From the IMG/VR virus record IMGVR_UViG_3300027791_003052, positions 1 to 59,595 of that record: a DNA stretch of 59,595 nt. The stretch is one strand, 5' to 3'. Every line of letters begins with the position of its first letter. Position 1 is the first letter of the stretch. Below are positions 8,280 through 17,100 of the stretch, piece after piece. The notes beneath the pieces were generated by a model. It saw nothing but the letters and a program-made list of their open reading frames with translations, was not told where the DNA came from and made no database searches. The position numbers were made by a program, and so were the translations under genes. The stretch comes from a virus. Lineage: Duplodnaviria > Caudoviricetes.

Positions 8280-9271
8280 TATGGTCTTGAGTTAGGGTTA
8301 AATTGTTCTTTGTTTGCTTTGTACCATTTTAGTGCATCTATCAATCCACTTCTTAAATCATATTTAGGTTTCCAACCAAGTTTTAATAATTTTTCGTTTG
8401 ATAATAATCTTGCTGGAATCATTGGTGCTTTGTTATTAACAAATTCTACTGGATTTGTATTTCCTTCAATTTCTTTAATTAAATCAAGTACTTCCATTAC
8501 AGTATGACCACTTCCATAACATACATTATAGATATCATATGTATCAACCTTTTCTGCAACTGTTATAAATCCACTTACCATATCATCAACATGAATAACA
8601 TCTCTTATTTCAGTTCCATCTCCCCAAACAGGAATAGGATTTAAGTTATCTGCTACTTTTCTAATATTTGCTGGTGTAACATGACATTTTTCAAAATCAT
8701 ATTTATCATTCGGTCCAAATGAATTAGAAGGTCTGATAATTATACATTGCATTGGGTCGTGAATCTGATTAGAGAAGAACTCACATAAAGTTTCTCCATA
8801 TCTTTTCATCCAACCAACTGCTTTATATGCAGGATATATGTTTGGTGTTTGTACATTCATATCTTCAGTACAATATTCTCCACCAATATCTGGATAAGTT
8901 GTGTTAGAAGAAATAAACATAAACTTACGAACTTTGTTTCTCCAACTTTGTTCCATAAGATTAGTATTCATTTCTACATTGGGTGTTACATGAATTAATG
9001 GATTTACTTTTGTATCTAATGCATTTGATGTATTTGCTGCCGCATGAAATATAACATCAACATCTTTAGAAACCAATTCACAAAAACTTGCTTCTCGTAA
9101 ATCTCCTAAAAGATGTTCAACAGAATCACTTCCATCGAAATCATTTCTTAATCCTCTACTCCATGAAGTAGAACGTAAATTTGTATAACCTTCTTCCCAT
9201 AGCATTTTTATTAATCGTGAACCTATGAATCCACTTGCACCTGTAACTAAAATTTTATCTGTTTTTTTCAT
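8279..9271 (-). CDS. NAD(P)-dependent sugar epimerase/reductase, GDP-L-fucose-synthase-like SDR
   Basis: TGASGFIGS, RPSNSFGPND, HVTPA, VWGDGTEIRDVIHVDD. Confidence 0.85.
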   Translation of the reverse strand: MKKTDKILVTGASGFIGSRLIKMLWEEGYTNLRSTSWSRGLRNDFDGSDSVEHLLGDLREASFCELVSKDVDVIFHAAANTSNALDTKVNPLIHVTPNVEMNTNLMEQSWRNKVRKFMFISSNTTYPDIGGEYCTEDMNVQTPNIYPAYKAVGWMKRYGETLCEFFSNQIHDPMQCIIIRPSNSFGPNDKYDFEKCHVTPANIRKVADNLNPIPVWGDGTEIRDVIHVDDMVSGFITVAEKVDTYDIYNVCYGSGHTVMEVLDLIKEIEGNTNPVEFVNNKAPMIPARLLSNEKLLKLGWKPKYDLRSGLIDALKWYKANKEQFNPNSRP

Positions 9272-10196
9272 AATATTTGTATGTTTGTTTTATTCCTTCT
9301 TCGAATCCTAATTTTGGTAACAATCCGTATTGTTTCTGTATCTCAGTACTCATACATCTTCTCATATCACCATTGGGCTTTGAAGTATCCCAATTTATTT
9401 TTATTTCTTTACCACTAACTTTAGCAACTGTTTCAATCATTCTCTTGATTGATATTTCTTCACCACTACCTAAGTTAGTAGTTATGTGTAATTCATCTTC
9501 TAAACACTTTATACACCCATCAGCAACATCACCAGCATAAATGAAATCTCTTGTTGGAGTTCCATCTCCCCATGCTTCTATTTCATCGGTTGCATCATAA
9601 ACCTTTCTACAAGTTGCACCAATTACAGTTGCTCCTTCTCCAAAGTTATCATATTCACCAAAGATATTAGCTGGTCTTACGATTGTAAACTTTTCATATT
9701 TGTGTTGTACTTTATGGGCTTCTAAATACAATTCCGGTATTCTCTTACTCCAAGATGGAAACCAATCATTTGGCGATGGAAGTGTTTTCCATACTGTATC
9801 TTCTACAAATACTTCTGCTGGTTCATATACACCTACTGAACTCATGAATACCAACCAACAATTATGTTTATGCGAATTTTCAATTATATTTGTATTAACT
9901 TTAATTGATGGTTCTAAAAAATCTAATGGTTTTTCTTTTGCTCGTATAGGAGAACCCTTGATACCAAATGCATTTATAACTCCATCAAATTTATATTCTT
10001 CAAATATAGCTTCAACCGTTTCCACATCTCTTAAATCCAATTCTAAAAATTGAAATCTATCACTCTCTGGTAGGGATCTTGAATATCTTAAATCAACACC
10101 CACGACCGAGTATCCCAAATCTTCTAATTTGTTACATAGATGAGTTCCCACCAATCCACTACATCCTGTTACTAATATTGTTCCTTTTGTTTTCAT
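9255..10196 (-). CDS. NAD(P)-dependent sugar epimerase/reductase, GDP-L-fucose-synthase-like SDR
   Basis: TGCSGLVG, RPANIFGEYDNF, WGDGTPTRDFIY, WDTSKPNG. Confidence 0.85.
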   Translation of the reverse strand: MKTKGTILVTGCSGLVGTHLCNKLEDLGYSVVGVDLRYSRSLPESDRFQFLELDLRDVETVEAIFEEYKFDGVINAFGIKGSPIRAKEKPLDFLEPSIKVNTNIIENSHKHNCWLVFMSSVGVYEPAEVFVEDTVWKTLPSPNDWFPSWSKRIPELYLEAHKVQHKYEKFTIVRPANIFGEYDNFGEGATVIGATCRKVYDATDEIEAWGDGTPTRDFIYAGDVADGCIKCLEDELHITTNLGSGEEISIKRMIETVAKVSGKEIKINWDTSKPNGDMRRCMSTEIQKQYGLLPKLGFEEGIKQTYKYYEKNR

Positions 10197-11340
10197 TTTC
10201 TATAACATTAAATATTTTTTTTAAACCATCAGGTGATTCCATTTCTTGGAATAATTTGTTATTATATATACATATATGTTTTACATTTTTATATAATAAA
10301 TTTATCTCTTCAATTGATTTTTTATTTAAATCAAGTATAACTTCTATCAATTTTAAATACCGGTTTTTTGGGTCTTTAATTTCATCATAACTCTCATCCC
10401 AAAATTCACCGAAAGTTTTAAATCCAAGTTTATGCAATTCTTTTAAATATCGATATGGTCCTATTAAAATAAATGGTTGAAAATTTAAAATAGGTTTAAA
10501 AATCTTTTCAGATATAAACATTTCATTACTTTCAAACGAAGTTTCGGATACTATATGTATAGCCGAATCTAGAAATAATTTTGTTGGAAACGTGTTAGAT
10601 ACTTTAAAACTATCAATGATGTGACCATAACCATGTGTATCCAATTCTATTGGCAATTTCTCATTATATTCACTAGAAGATAGTTTTGCAATAGTATCAT
10701 TATATATATTACAATTATTAGCAGAATTTATTTTTTGTAAAAAACTAAAATATGAATCTGAAAAATCATTTGTTAAATAATCATGTAGTAATGATTTTCT
10801 ATGTGTCTTATCATTATTTCGACTAAATGATAGAAATTTCTTATTTCTATATGAATCTAATTCTTCTTCTTTAATTTTTATACTAACATATCCAAGATCA
10901 TTATCCGTACCAAAGTGGGTGAGTTTATCTCTAACTGTCTCTTCAAAAAAATAATGCAATGTATATACATTTTCATCATTTTCTAAATTAGTATTTGAAT
11001 GAATATAAACTACGTTATCATATATTTTTTTAACTCTTGTAAGAGTCTTTGTTATTTTTAATGAGTCTCCCTCTACCTCATCCATATCAGGATCTATAAC
11101 TGAACATACACATATTATTAAGTTATTTTTCAATACATATGATACAAATTCATCGGTAAGCATTTTTTGAAAAGAAGTAGTCCCATGAAATGTTTCAATA
11201 AGAAGTACGTTCTTATACCCATCTAATATCTTTAAATCAGTTGTATATTGATAACCTTTGGATTTAATATAATTAGATATTGGACCGGTCTGTGTGTGCT
11301 CACTTGGTAGTGGAAAAATAAAATTTAAAATACTACCCAT
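10159..11340 (-). CDS. Putative glycosyltransferase, GT-B/GT10-like family (copy 2)
   Basis: KFLSFSRNNDKTHR, IHIVSET, ISEKIFKP, LGFKTFGEFWDESYD. Confidence 0.6.
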   Translation of the reverse strand: MGSILNFIFPLPSEHTQTGPISNYIKSKGYQYTTDLKILDGYKNVLLIETFHGTTSFQKMLTDEFVSYVLKNNLIICVCSVIDPDMDEVEGDSLKITKTLTRVKKIYDNVVYIHSNTNLENDENVYTLHYFFEETVRDKLTHFGTDNDLGYVSIKIKEEELDSYRNKKFLSFSRNNDKTHRKSLLHDYLTNDFSDSYFSFLQKINSANNCNIYNDTIAKLSSSEYNEKLPIELDTHGYGHIIDSFKVSNTFPTKLFLDSAIHIVSETSFESNEMFISEKIFKPILNFQPFILIGPYRYLKELHKLGFKTFGEFWDESYDEIKDPKNRYLKLIEVILDLNKKSIEEINLLYKNVKHICIYNNKLFQEMESPDGLKKIFNVIENENKRNNISNRM

Positions 11341-11966
11341 TTTCCTGTTCCATAGTGTGGATATTTTGATTTATACTTGTAATAAATTACATCTTCTGGT
11401 ATTTCTCTTTGGATCTCATTCCAAGTATGTGCCGTTGGTGTATTTGTAGAAACTTCATTATCTTCTACTACAAAGTTAATTGGTAAATCAAAGTTTCTTG
11501 CATATTTATGAACTTCGTAAAATATACCTGTTTCAAATGTCATATCTCCAATGAAACACCAAACTTTATTTGAACTGTTTTGTTCTTTTAATGTTTTTGC
11601 AACTCCCAGTGCAATTGGTAAAATTCCTGATACAATGGCAGATGAATAGAATTTGGATTCTTTATCTATTATTGTTATTGATTTTCCAGCTAATATTTTT
11701 TCTTTAAGAACATTAGGCTCTACCCCATGTAAAAGTGCATGATAATGAGACCTCCATGTTGAGAATACCCAATCTTCTACTCCTACCTTTTCAAATACAT
11801 TTATTAATTGCTCTTCATTACCATGTGATAAGTGTATTGGTCCGGTTATTTCTCCATTCTCCCAATGTGAAATTATATCATTTTCAAAAGAAATTAAATC
11901 TTCTTTTGATAAATTTCCCTCTAACCATCTATCTTCATGATAATCTAAATTAAGAATCTTTTCCAT
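11325..11966 (-). CDS. TPP-dependent enzyme E1-alpha-like subunit (short)
   Basis: GPIHLSHGNEE, STWRSHYH, SAIVSGILPIALG, TPP motif GDMT..VEDN; 213 aa. Confidence 0.85.
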   Translation of the reverse strand: MEKILNLDYHEDRWLEGNLSKEDLISFENDIISHWENGEITGPIHLSHGNEEQLINVFEKVGVEDWVFSTWRSHYHALLHGVEPNVLKEKILAGKSITIIDKESKFYSSAIVSGILPIALGVAKTLKEQNSSNKVWCFIGDMTFETGIFYEVHKYARNFDLPINFVVEDNEVSTNTPTAHTWNEIQREIPEDVIYYKYKSKYPHYGTGKWVVF

Positions 11967-12552
11967 TTTTGTCTCTTTTAGAAATTATTGGATTAGTACA
12001 AGGCCAGTCTATATTGAACTTTTTACTATTCCATTTTATTGTTTGTTGTTTATCTACATCATTAAATTCACCTTGATATGCCATTTTATAGTTAAAGATA
12101 CTATCATCCTTCATTACATAATGTCCATTTGCAAACATGGGTGGAATCAATACTTGTGTTGCCGTTTCTGGTGAAAGTATAAATGATTCCGATTTACCAT
12201 ATGTAGGATTATTTGTTATACTACCACCTCGTAAATCTAATACCACTAAATAAATTTTACCATGTAAGCAACTAACAAGTTTCCAAGTTTTTTCATCATA
12301 GTGGAGGCCTCTTAAAACACCTTCTTGTGATTTAGAATATCTATCATGTTTAAATACCAATCCTTTGTTTCTATCTTCAGCTGGAAGAATTCTATCATAA
12401 TAATCTGAATGATATGTTGTTGATATAGATCCTCTTGCTTCATGATATATCGATGGTTGTATTACCTTTACTTGATTAAGTATAGTACCATGGTAGAAAT
12501 GAAAATCATTCCAATCTCGTTCTTTATAAAATATACTACGTCCTTGTGCCAT
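11950..12552 (-). CDS. rmlC: dTDP-4-dehydrorhamnose 3,5-epimerase family (RmlC-like cupin)
   Basis: ARG, GVLRGLHY, KLVSCLHGKIYLVVLDLR, LIPPMFANGH, NIDWP, ISKRD. Confidence 0.85.
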   Translation of the reverse strand: MAQGRSIFYKERDWNDFHFYHGTILNQVKVIQPSIYHEARGSISTTYHSDYYDRILPAEDRNKGLVFKHDRYSKSQEGVLRGLHYDEKTWKLVSCLHGKIYLVVLDLRGGSITNNPTYGKSESFILSPETATQVLIPPMFANGHYVMKDDSIFNYKMAYQGEFNDVDKQQTIKWNSKKFNIDWPCTNPIISKRDKNGKDS

Positions 12553-13504
12553 AACCTAATGGGAAATCATTTCTATACTTTGAACTTAAATCTTGAATAA
12601 GTATTGTATATGTTTTTATTAATTCTTCTATTCCATCATCTAATGAGTACTCTGGATACCACCCAGCATCTTCTATTTTCTGATTAGATACAATGTAATC
12701 TCTTTTATCAGGGTCTTCAAAGTAATCAGAATATGTAACTGCAAAATCAGAAATATATTCTTGTATTTTTTCTACCAATTGTTGTTTTGATAAATTAGCA
12801 GTAGATAAACCTACGTTGAAAACTTCTCCACTATGTGTTTCATAATCTTCAATCATAAATAAAAATACATTAGCTACATCTCTTATATGTATGTAATTTC
12901 TAACAAAGTTCTTTTCAAATATAGTAATGTATTTATCGGTTAATGCTTTGTAAACAAATTCGTTTACTAATAAATCCATTCTCATCCTCGGTGATGTTCC
13001 AAATACAGTTGCCAATCTTACTGATATTCCTCCTATTTTTAAAACTTCACTTTCTGCTTTTACTTTAGTTACTCCATAGTGTGATAGTGGATTCAGAGGA
13101 CTTTCTTCAGTACACTCTCCATCAACTCCTATTCCATATCCACTATTTGTGTTTGGATACACTACTTTTACATTTGAGCCCTCTACTAACTCACATATAT
13201 ATCTTACGTGCTCATAGTTTATTGCCGTTGCTAATTCTTTATCTCTATCACACGCAGGAAATCCTACGATTGCCGCTAGTGGAATGATTATATCAAAATC
13301 AAAAACTAAATTTTCAAGTAATTCTTTATTTCTAACATCTCCATATATGAATTCAAAATTCTTATCGTGAGAAAATATTATAGATGATGTTTGATTATAC
13401 ATTAGATTGTCTAATATAGTAACTTCATAATTATTTTTTAATAATTTTTCTGTTATAACCGAACCGAGGTATCCTGAACCTCCTGTAATTAATACTCTTT
13501 TCAT
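12536..13504 (-). CDS. NAD-dependent sugar epimerase/dehydratase (extended SDR)
   Basis: TGGSGYLGS, LAAIVG, YGVTK (YxxxK), RLATVFGTSPRMR, RNYIHIRD. Confidence 0.9.
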   Translation of the reverse strand: MKRVLITGGSGYLGSVITEKLLKNNYEVTILDNLMYNQTSSIIFSHDKNFEFIYGDVRNKELLENLVFDFDIIIPLAAIVGFPACDRDKELATAINYEHVRYICELVEGSNVKVVYPNTNSGYGIGVDGECTEESPLNPLSHYGVTKVKAESEVLKIGGISVRLATVFGTSPRMRMDLLVNEFVYKALTDKYITIFEKNFVRNYIHIRDVANVFLFMIEDYETHSGEVFNVGLSTANLSKQQLVEKIQEYISDFAVTYSDYFEDPDKRDYIVSNQKIEDAGWYPEYSLDDGIEELIKTYTILIQDLSSKYRNDFPLGYGTRT

Positions 13505-14937
13505 ATTAAATTTGTTTTTTTGTAAAGTTGAGTTAATAATTTATTTTCAAATTCTCCGTTAACAAATAATTCTTTTAATAAATTTTTATTATATTCTAAT
13601 GTAGGTTTCATTTCTTTAATCATTTCAATCATTTCAGTAGGTGTCTTACTACAAATAGATTTAATTTCTTTTAAAGTCATTTCAACTCGTTTTTTAAAAT
13701 CCAATTCCGAATCATACGATTCATCCCACCATTTATCGAATGTTTTAAATCCAATGGATTGTAAGTGTTTTAATGTACCTGGATTTCCGTTTATAAAGAA
13801 TGGGTGTAAATTCATTATTGGTTTTAATGTTTTCTCTGTTATAAACAAATATTTACTTTCTGCATTTGTTTCTGATACAATGGAGAAATATGTTTTTTCA
13901 TATTCATCTTTTCTACTTAAGAAATTGTGATACCATGCAACTTCTTCTTCGTTACCATTATCAATAATAAGTGGATACCATTTATCAATATACTCACTCC
14001 ATTCATTCCAATCTGATTTAGAAATATTTAAATTACCATCATTGTTTTTTGATTTTAATTGGAAATCAAAATCTGGTGTCTTGAATAGTGATATTATCCC
14101 TTTATCTAATAAATTGTTTTTAAATAATTTATTTACAAAATAAGGTCTATGTAATCTTGCAGAATTACGGTTATACATTAAATAATATTTTTCTTTTTTA
14201 TCAAATATTAAATTCTGTTGTAGTGAATAGTTATATCCGTTTTCTACAATACTGTTTTCACGTTCTTCTGTTTCTACTATAAATTGTCCTGATTTATAAA
14301 CATAGTAATCATTATTATAAATAGCAATTCTTGTATTTTCTTTATATGATTTAAATTTATTTATATGCTCATTACACGTTGATATTACAAATTTTTGATT
14401 GGATGTTATACCAAGATTATCTAAAAAATTGTTTATTTTTTTAAAAAGAGCAGGTTTATGTGGATATGATCCTTCTCGATTATCAATCATTGCTATTTTA
14501 AAGTTTTCATATTTTTTATAATAATCCAACAATTTTGGTGAAAACATATCTTCAAATTTATTAGATACATCTGTGTAATATTCAAAGAAACTTGATGCAT
14601 TTGTTGATTCAAGTACTATAAAAAAAAGAGTATTGTTTTTATCATATCTACTAGATTTCATAATATCATCTACTTCATTTACACTAGTTCTAATCCATTC
14701 ATCATTATGAGTTATATACTCATCTGCAAACATTCCTTCTTGAAAATTAAATTTACCTGGATTATGTGGGGATGCTAATAAAACTCCAGGCGTATCTACG
14801 TGATTATCAATTTGATTCATCACATTTATAGGTAAGGTATATCGATTGTACCCAAACTGCAATGGTCCATTTGGTAATATGAAATCATATACAAAGTAAA
14901 CTCTCTTTTTCATTATATTAGATTTGCTGACATCCAT
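13501..14937 (-). CDS. Putative glycosyltransferase, GT-B/GT10-like family (copy 3)
   Basis: YLMYNRNSARLHR, YFSIVSET, ITEKTLKP, IGFKTFDKWWDESYD; true start may be M9. Confidence 0.6.
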   Translation of the reverse strand: MDVSKSNIMKKRVYFVYDFILPNGPLQFGYNRYTLPINVMNQIDNHVDTPGVLLASPHNPGKFNFQEGMFADEYITHNDEWIRTSVNEVDDIMKSSRYDKNNTLFFIVLESTNASSFFEYYTDVSNKFEDMFSPKLLDYYKKYENFKIAMIDNREGSYPHKPALFKKINNFLDNLGITSNQKFVISTCNEHINKFKSYKENTRIAIYNNDYYVYKSGQFIVETEERENSIVENGYNYSLQQNLIFDKKEKYYLMYNRNSARLHRPYFVNKLFKNNLLDKGIISLFKTPDFDFQLKSKNNDGNLNISKSDWNEWSEYIDKWYPLIIDNGNEEEVAWYHNFLSRKDEYEKTYFSIVSETNAESKYLFITEKTLKPIMNLHPFFINGNPGTLKHLQSIGFKTFDKWWDESYDSELDFKKRVEMTLKEIKSICSKTPTEMIEMIKEMKPTLEYNKNLLKELFVNGEFENKLLTQLYKKTNLI

Positions 14938-15641
14938 TTGTTATCAAATAAAATCATATGGTTTCCATTAAGTGAAATATCAAAAACTTTATATGGTGTC
15001 ATATCTTTTTCTTTAAAACTAAAAGCAGCTGCTGTTTTTAATCCTGAATCTGGTTCTATGATTTCATTAGAGGTCATATTGAATATACTTAGTTTATCAG
15101 TATCTGAAACTATACTATCAAATATTGATACGTGTGATATTGTTCCAAAGAGAAATCCCCTGTGTTCAACTGCACAACTATCTAATGAGTTGTTTGCACC
15201 CACCCATATCCAAGAATCTCTATAATCAATAATTTCACCCTCATATATGTTATCCATAGATTTTCCATCAACATTTAATGTCATTGTTTTGGTTTTACTA
15301 TTATGTAACATTGATATATTCATAAATTTATCATTATCCTCTACATCAAACCAAATATCTTTATATTCAATTTCACCACTTTCTGATAGAACCCACCATT
15401 GGGCCTTAATGTATGTACCATTGGTATATTTGAATGCGTTTATTCCACAATGTCTACCGTTTTTTGCAACAATACCACCTTCTTGGGTTGGAGTTTCTGG
15501 AGTCATTTTATCCCAATCAATTTTTACTTTTGCTAAGATAGAAAAATCATGTTCCGTTAAATCATATGTTTCATTGGTAGATAATCCATATCTATTTTTT
15601 GGTGGTACGAAATACGCATTATTTCCGTTTAATTTTATCAT
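14913..15641 (-). CDS. Stand-alone LamG/concanavalin-A-like lectin domain protein
   Basis: LNGNNAY, LNVDG, WIWVGA, LFGTISHVSIFD, DISLNGNH; paralogous to the inserts in the two GT7 genes. Confidence 0.7.
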   Translation of the reverse strand: MIKLNGNNAYFVPPKNRYGLSTNETYDLTEHDFSILAKVKIDWDKMTPETPTQEGGIVAKNGRHCGINAFKYTNGTYIKAQWWVLSESGEIEYKDIWFDVEDNDKFMNISMLHNSKTKTMTLNVDGKSMDNIYEGEIIDYRDSWIWVGANNSLDSCAVEHRGFLFGTISHVSIFDSIVSDTDKLSIFNMTSNEIIEPDSGLKTAAAFSFKEKDMTPYKVFDISLNGNHMILFDNKWMSANLI

Positions 15642-17077
15642 AATTTAATTTCTAAACATTTGTTATAAAAATCAGCTAACTCTGGAAATGTTTTTTCAAA
15701 ATTAGTACCTCTTCGTTCATCATGTGCTTTAAAATAATATCCGAAATTTCTTCTTTGAGTTTTTAAAGCCTGTTCATCAATTGGGGATATCATCCAATCA
15801 TGTGTTCTTTTAATTTTCTGTATTTCTACATCGGAGTATCCAATATATTCTTTTTCAAATAATGGAACTCCAAGGAAATCACAGTATTGTGCATCTTGAA
15901 ATATCTTATCCGACCATTGTTTTTCTCCTTGTAACACCTGTACTGTTTGATGTTTTGGATGTCTTAAATAAGAAGTATCTAAAAATGTAGCAGAATTCCA
16001 ATACCTATCAGTTGAACCATACTGTGTTTTTAAGTCATATACTCCTTTTATTAATTTATGATAATTAGGTATAGATAGTGCGTTGTAAGTTACCATGTAT
16101 GTTAATATTACCTTTGGACATTTCTCTAATACTTTATGACAATTATCCCAAAATTTATTAAATTCTAAACCATTACGAATGTACTCGGCCTGTTCACCCC
16201 ACGTATCAACCGAGGTAAATATTACAAATTCATTTACTCTATTATCATCACAAATCTTATTTATCTTATCAATAAATTTATCTATCAATTTATCAGGAAC
16301 TCCTAAATTTGAATTAATTGCAAGGTTAATTTTACGATTTGGTTCTGGATGTTCTATTATATAGTCCAACACTCCCCATGTATCTTTACTCAAAAGAGGT
16401 TCACCTCCTGTAATTCTAAAAGTGTGTAAATCTTTATACAAATCTGGCCACCACTTCCAAAATGCATCTACATATGGATTTGGTTCACTTGCAAGATATG
16501 GAACTTTTTTTTCAAACTCTAAATGTTTTGGATTATTAAAAGAATCAGTTGTTGGATATGCACCAAACTTTTCTATCTCTTGCATCCAACTGGATGAAAA
16601 AGCAGGACCACAATATGAACATTTAAAGTTACAAGCATTTGAGAAAGCAACTTCTACATATTTTGGATTATAATCTTCCCTCCAATTCAGTTGTTTGATT
16701 TCTTCCATGTATGGTCTTGACCAATTTTCACCTGATTTGAAAGTTCTATCTGAAAATCTATCTGAATTATCTTCTATATTCCAACAGAAATCACATTCAG
16801 TTGGTCGTTCACCCTCTAACATTTCCTTTCTACGTCTTTTTTTGAAATTCGTATTATGTAGAGCAGTTGGGTTTCTTTTTAACTCTTTTAAAGAAATTTG
16901 GTGAGTTGCAGGATGGTGACAGGAATGAGTATGTCCAAGTTGTAAGTGCATTGTAACTTGTGTCCATTTTGCTAAACAAAATCCATTACCGACACTATTT
17001 AACTCATCTCGTACTTTTACATAAACAGGACTATCATCATCAATAGCTATTGTAGTTTTTTTCTTTTCTTCTGACAT
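15638..17077 (-). CDS. Radical SAM protein with N-terminal twitch/SPASM-like Cys cluster
   Basis: CNFKCSYC (CxxxCxxC), TGGEPLL; N-terminal CLAKW..CHHP..CDFCW. Confidence 0.9.
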   Translation of the reverse strand: MSEEKKKTTIAIDDDSPVYVKVRDELNSVGNGFCLAKWTQVTMHLQLGHTHSCHHPATHQISLKELKRNPTALHNTNFKKRRRKEMLEGERPTECDFCWNIEDNSDRFSDRTFKSGENWSRPYMEEIKQLNWREDYNPKYVEVAFSNACNFKCSYCGPAFSSSWMQEIEKFGAYPTTDSFNNPKHLEFEKKVPYLASEPNPYVDAFWKWWPDLYKDLHTFRITGGEPLLSKDTWGVLDYIIEHPEPNRKINLAINSNLGVPDKLIDKFIDKINKICDDNRVNEFVIFTSVDTWGEQAEYIRNGLEFNKFWDNCHKVLEKCPKVILTYMVTYNALSIPNYHKLIKGVYDLKTQYGSTDRYWNSATFLDTSYLRHPKHQTVQVLQGEKQWSDKIFQDAQYCDFLGVPLFEKEYIGYSDVEIQKIKRTHDWMISPIDEQALKTQRRNFGYYFKAHDERRGTNFEKTFPELADFYNKCLEIKL

Positions 17078-17100
17078 ATTATCTTGTATATTAATATATA

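Noticed and set aside
7731-11966. Pyruvate dehydrogenase/transketolase as a central-metabolism auxiliary gene
   Set aside because: Subunits are truncated, no E2/E3 is present, and the context is entirely nucleotide-sugar genes.
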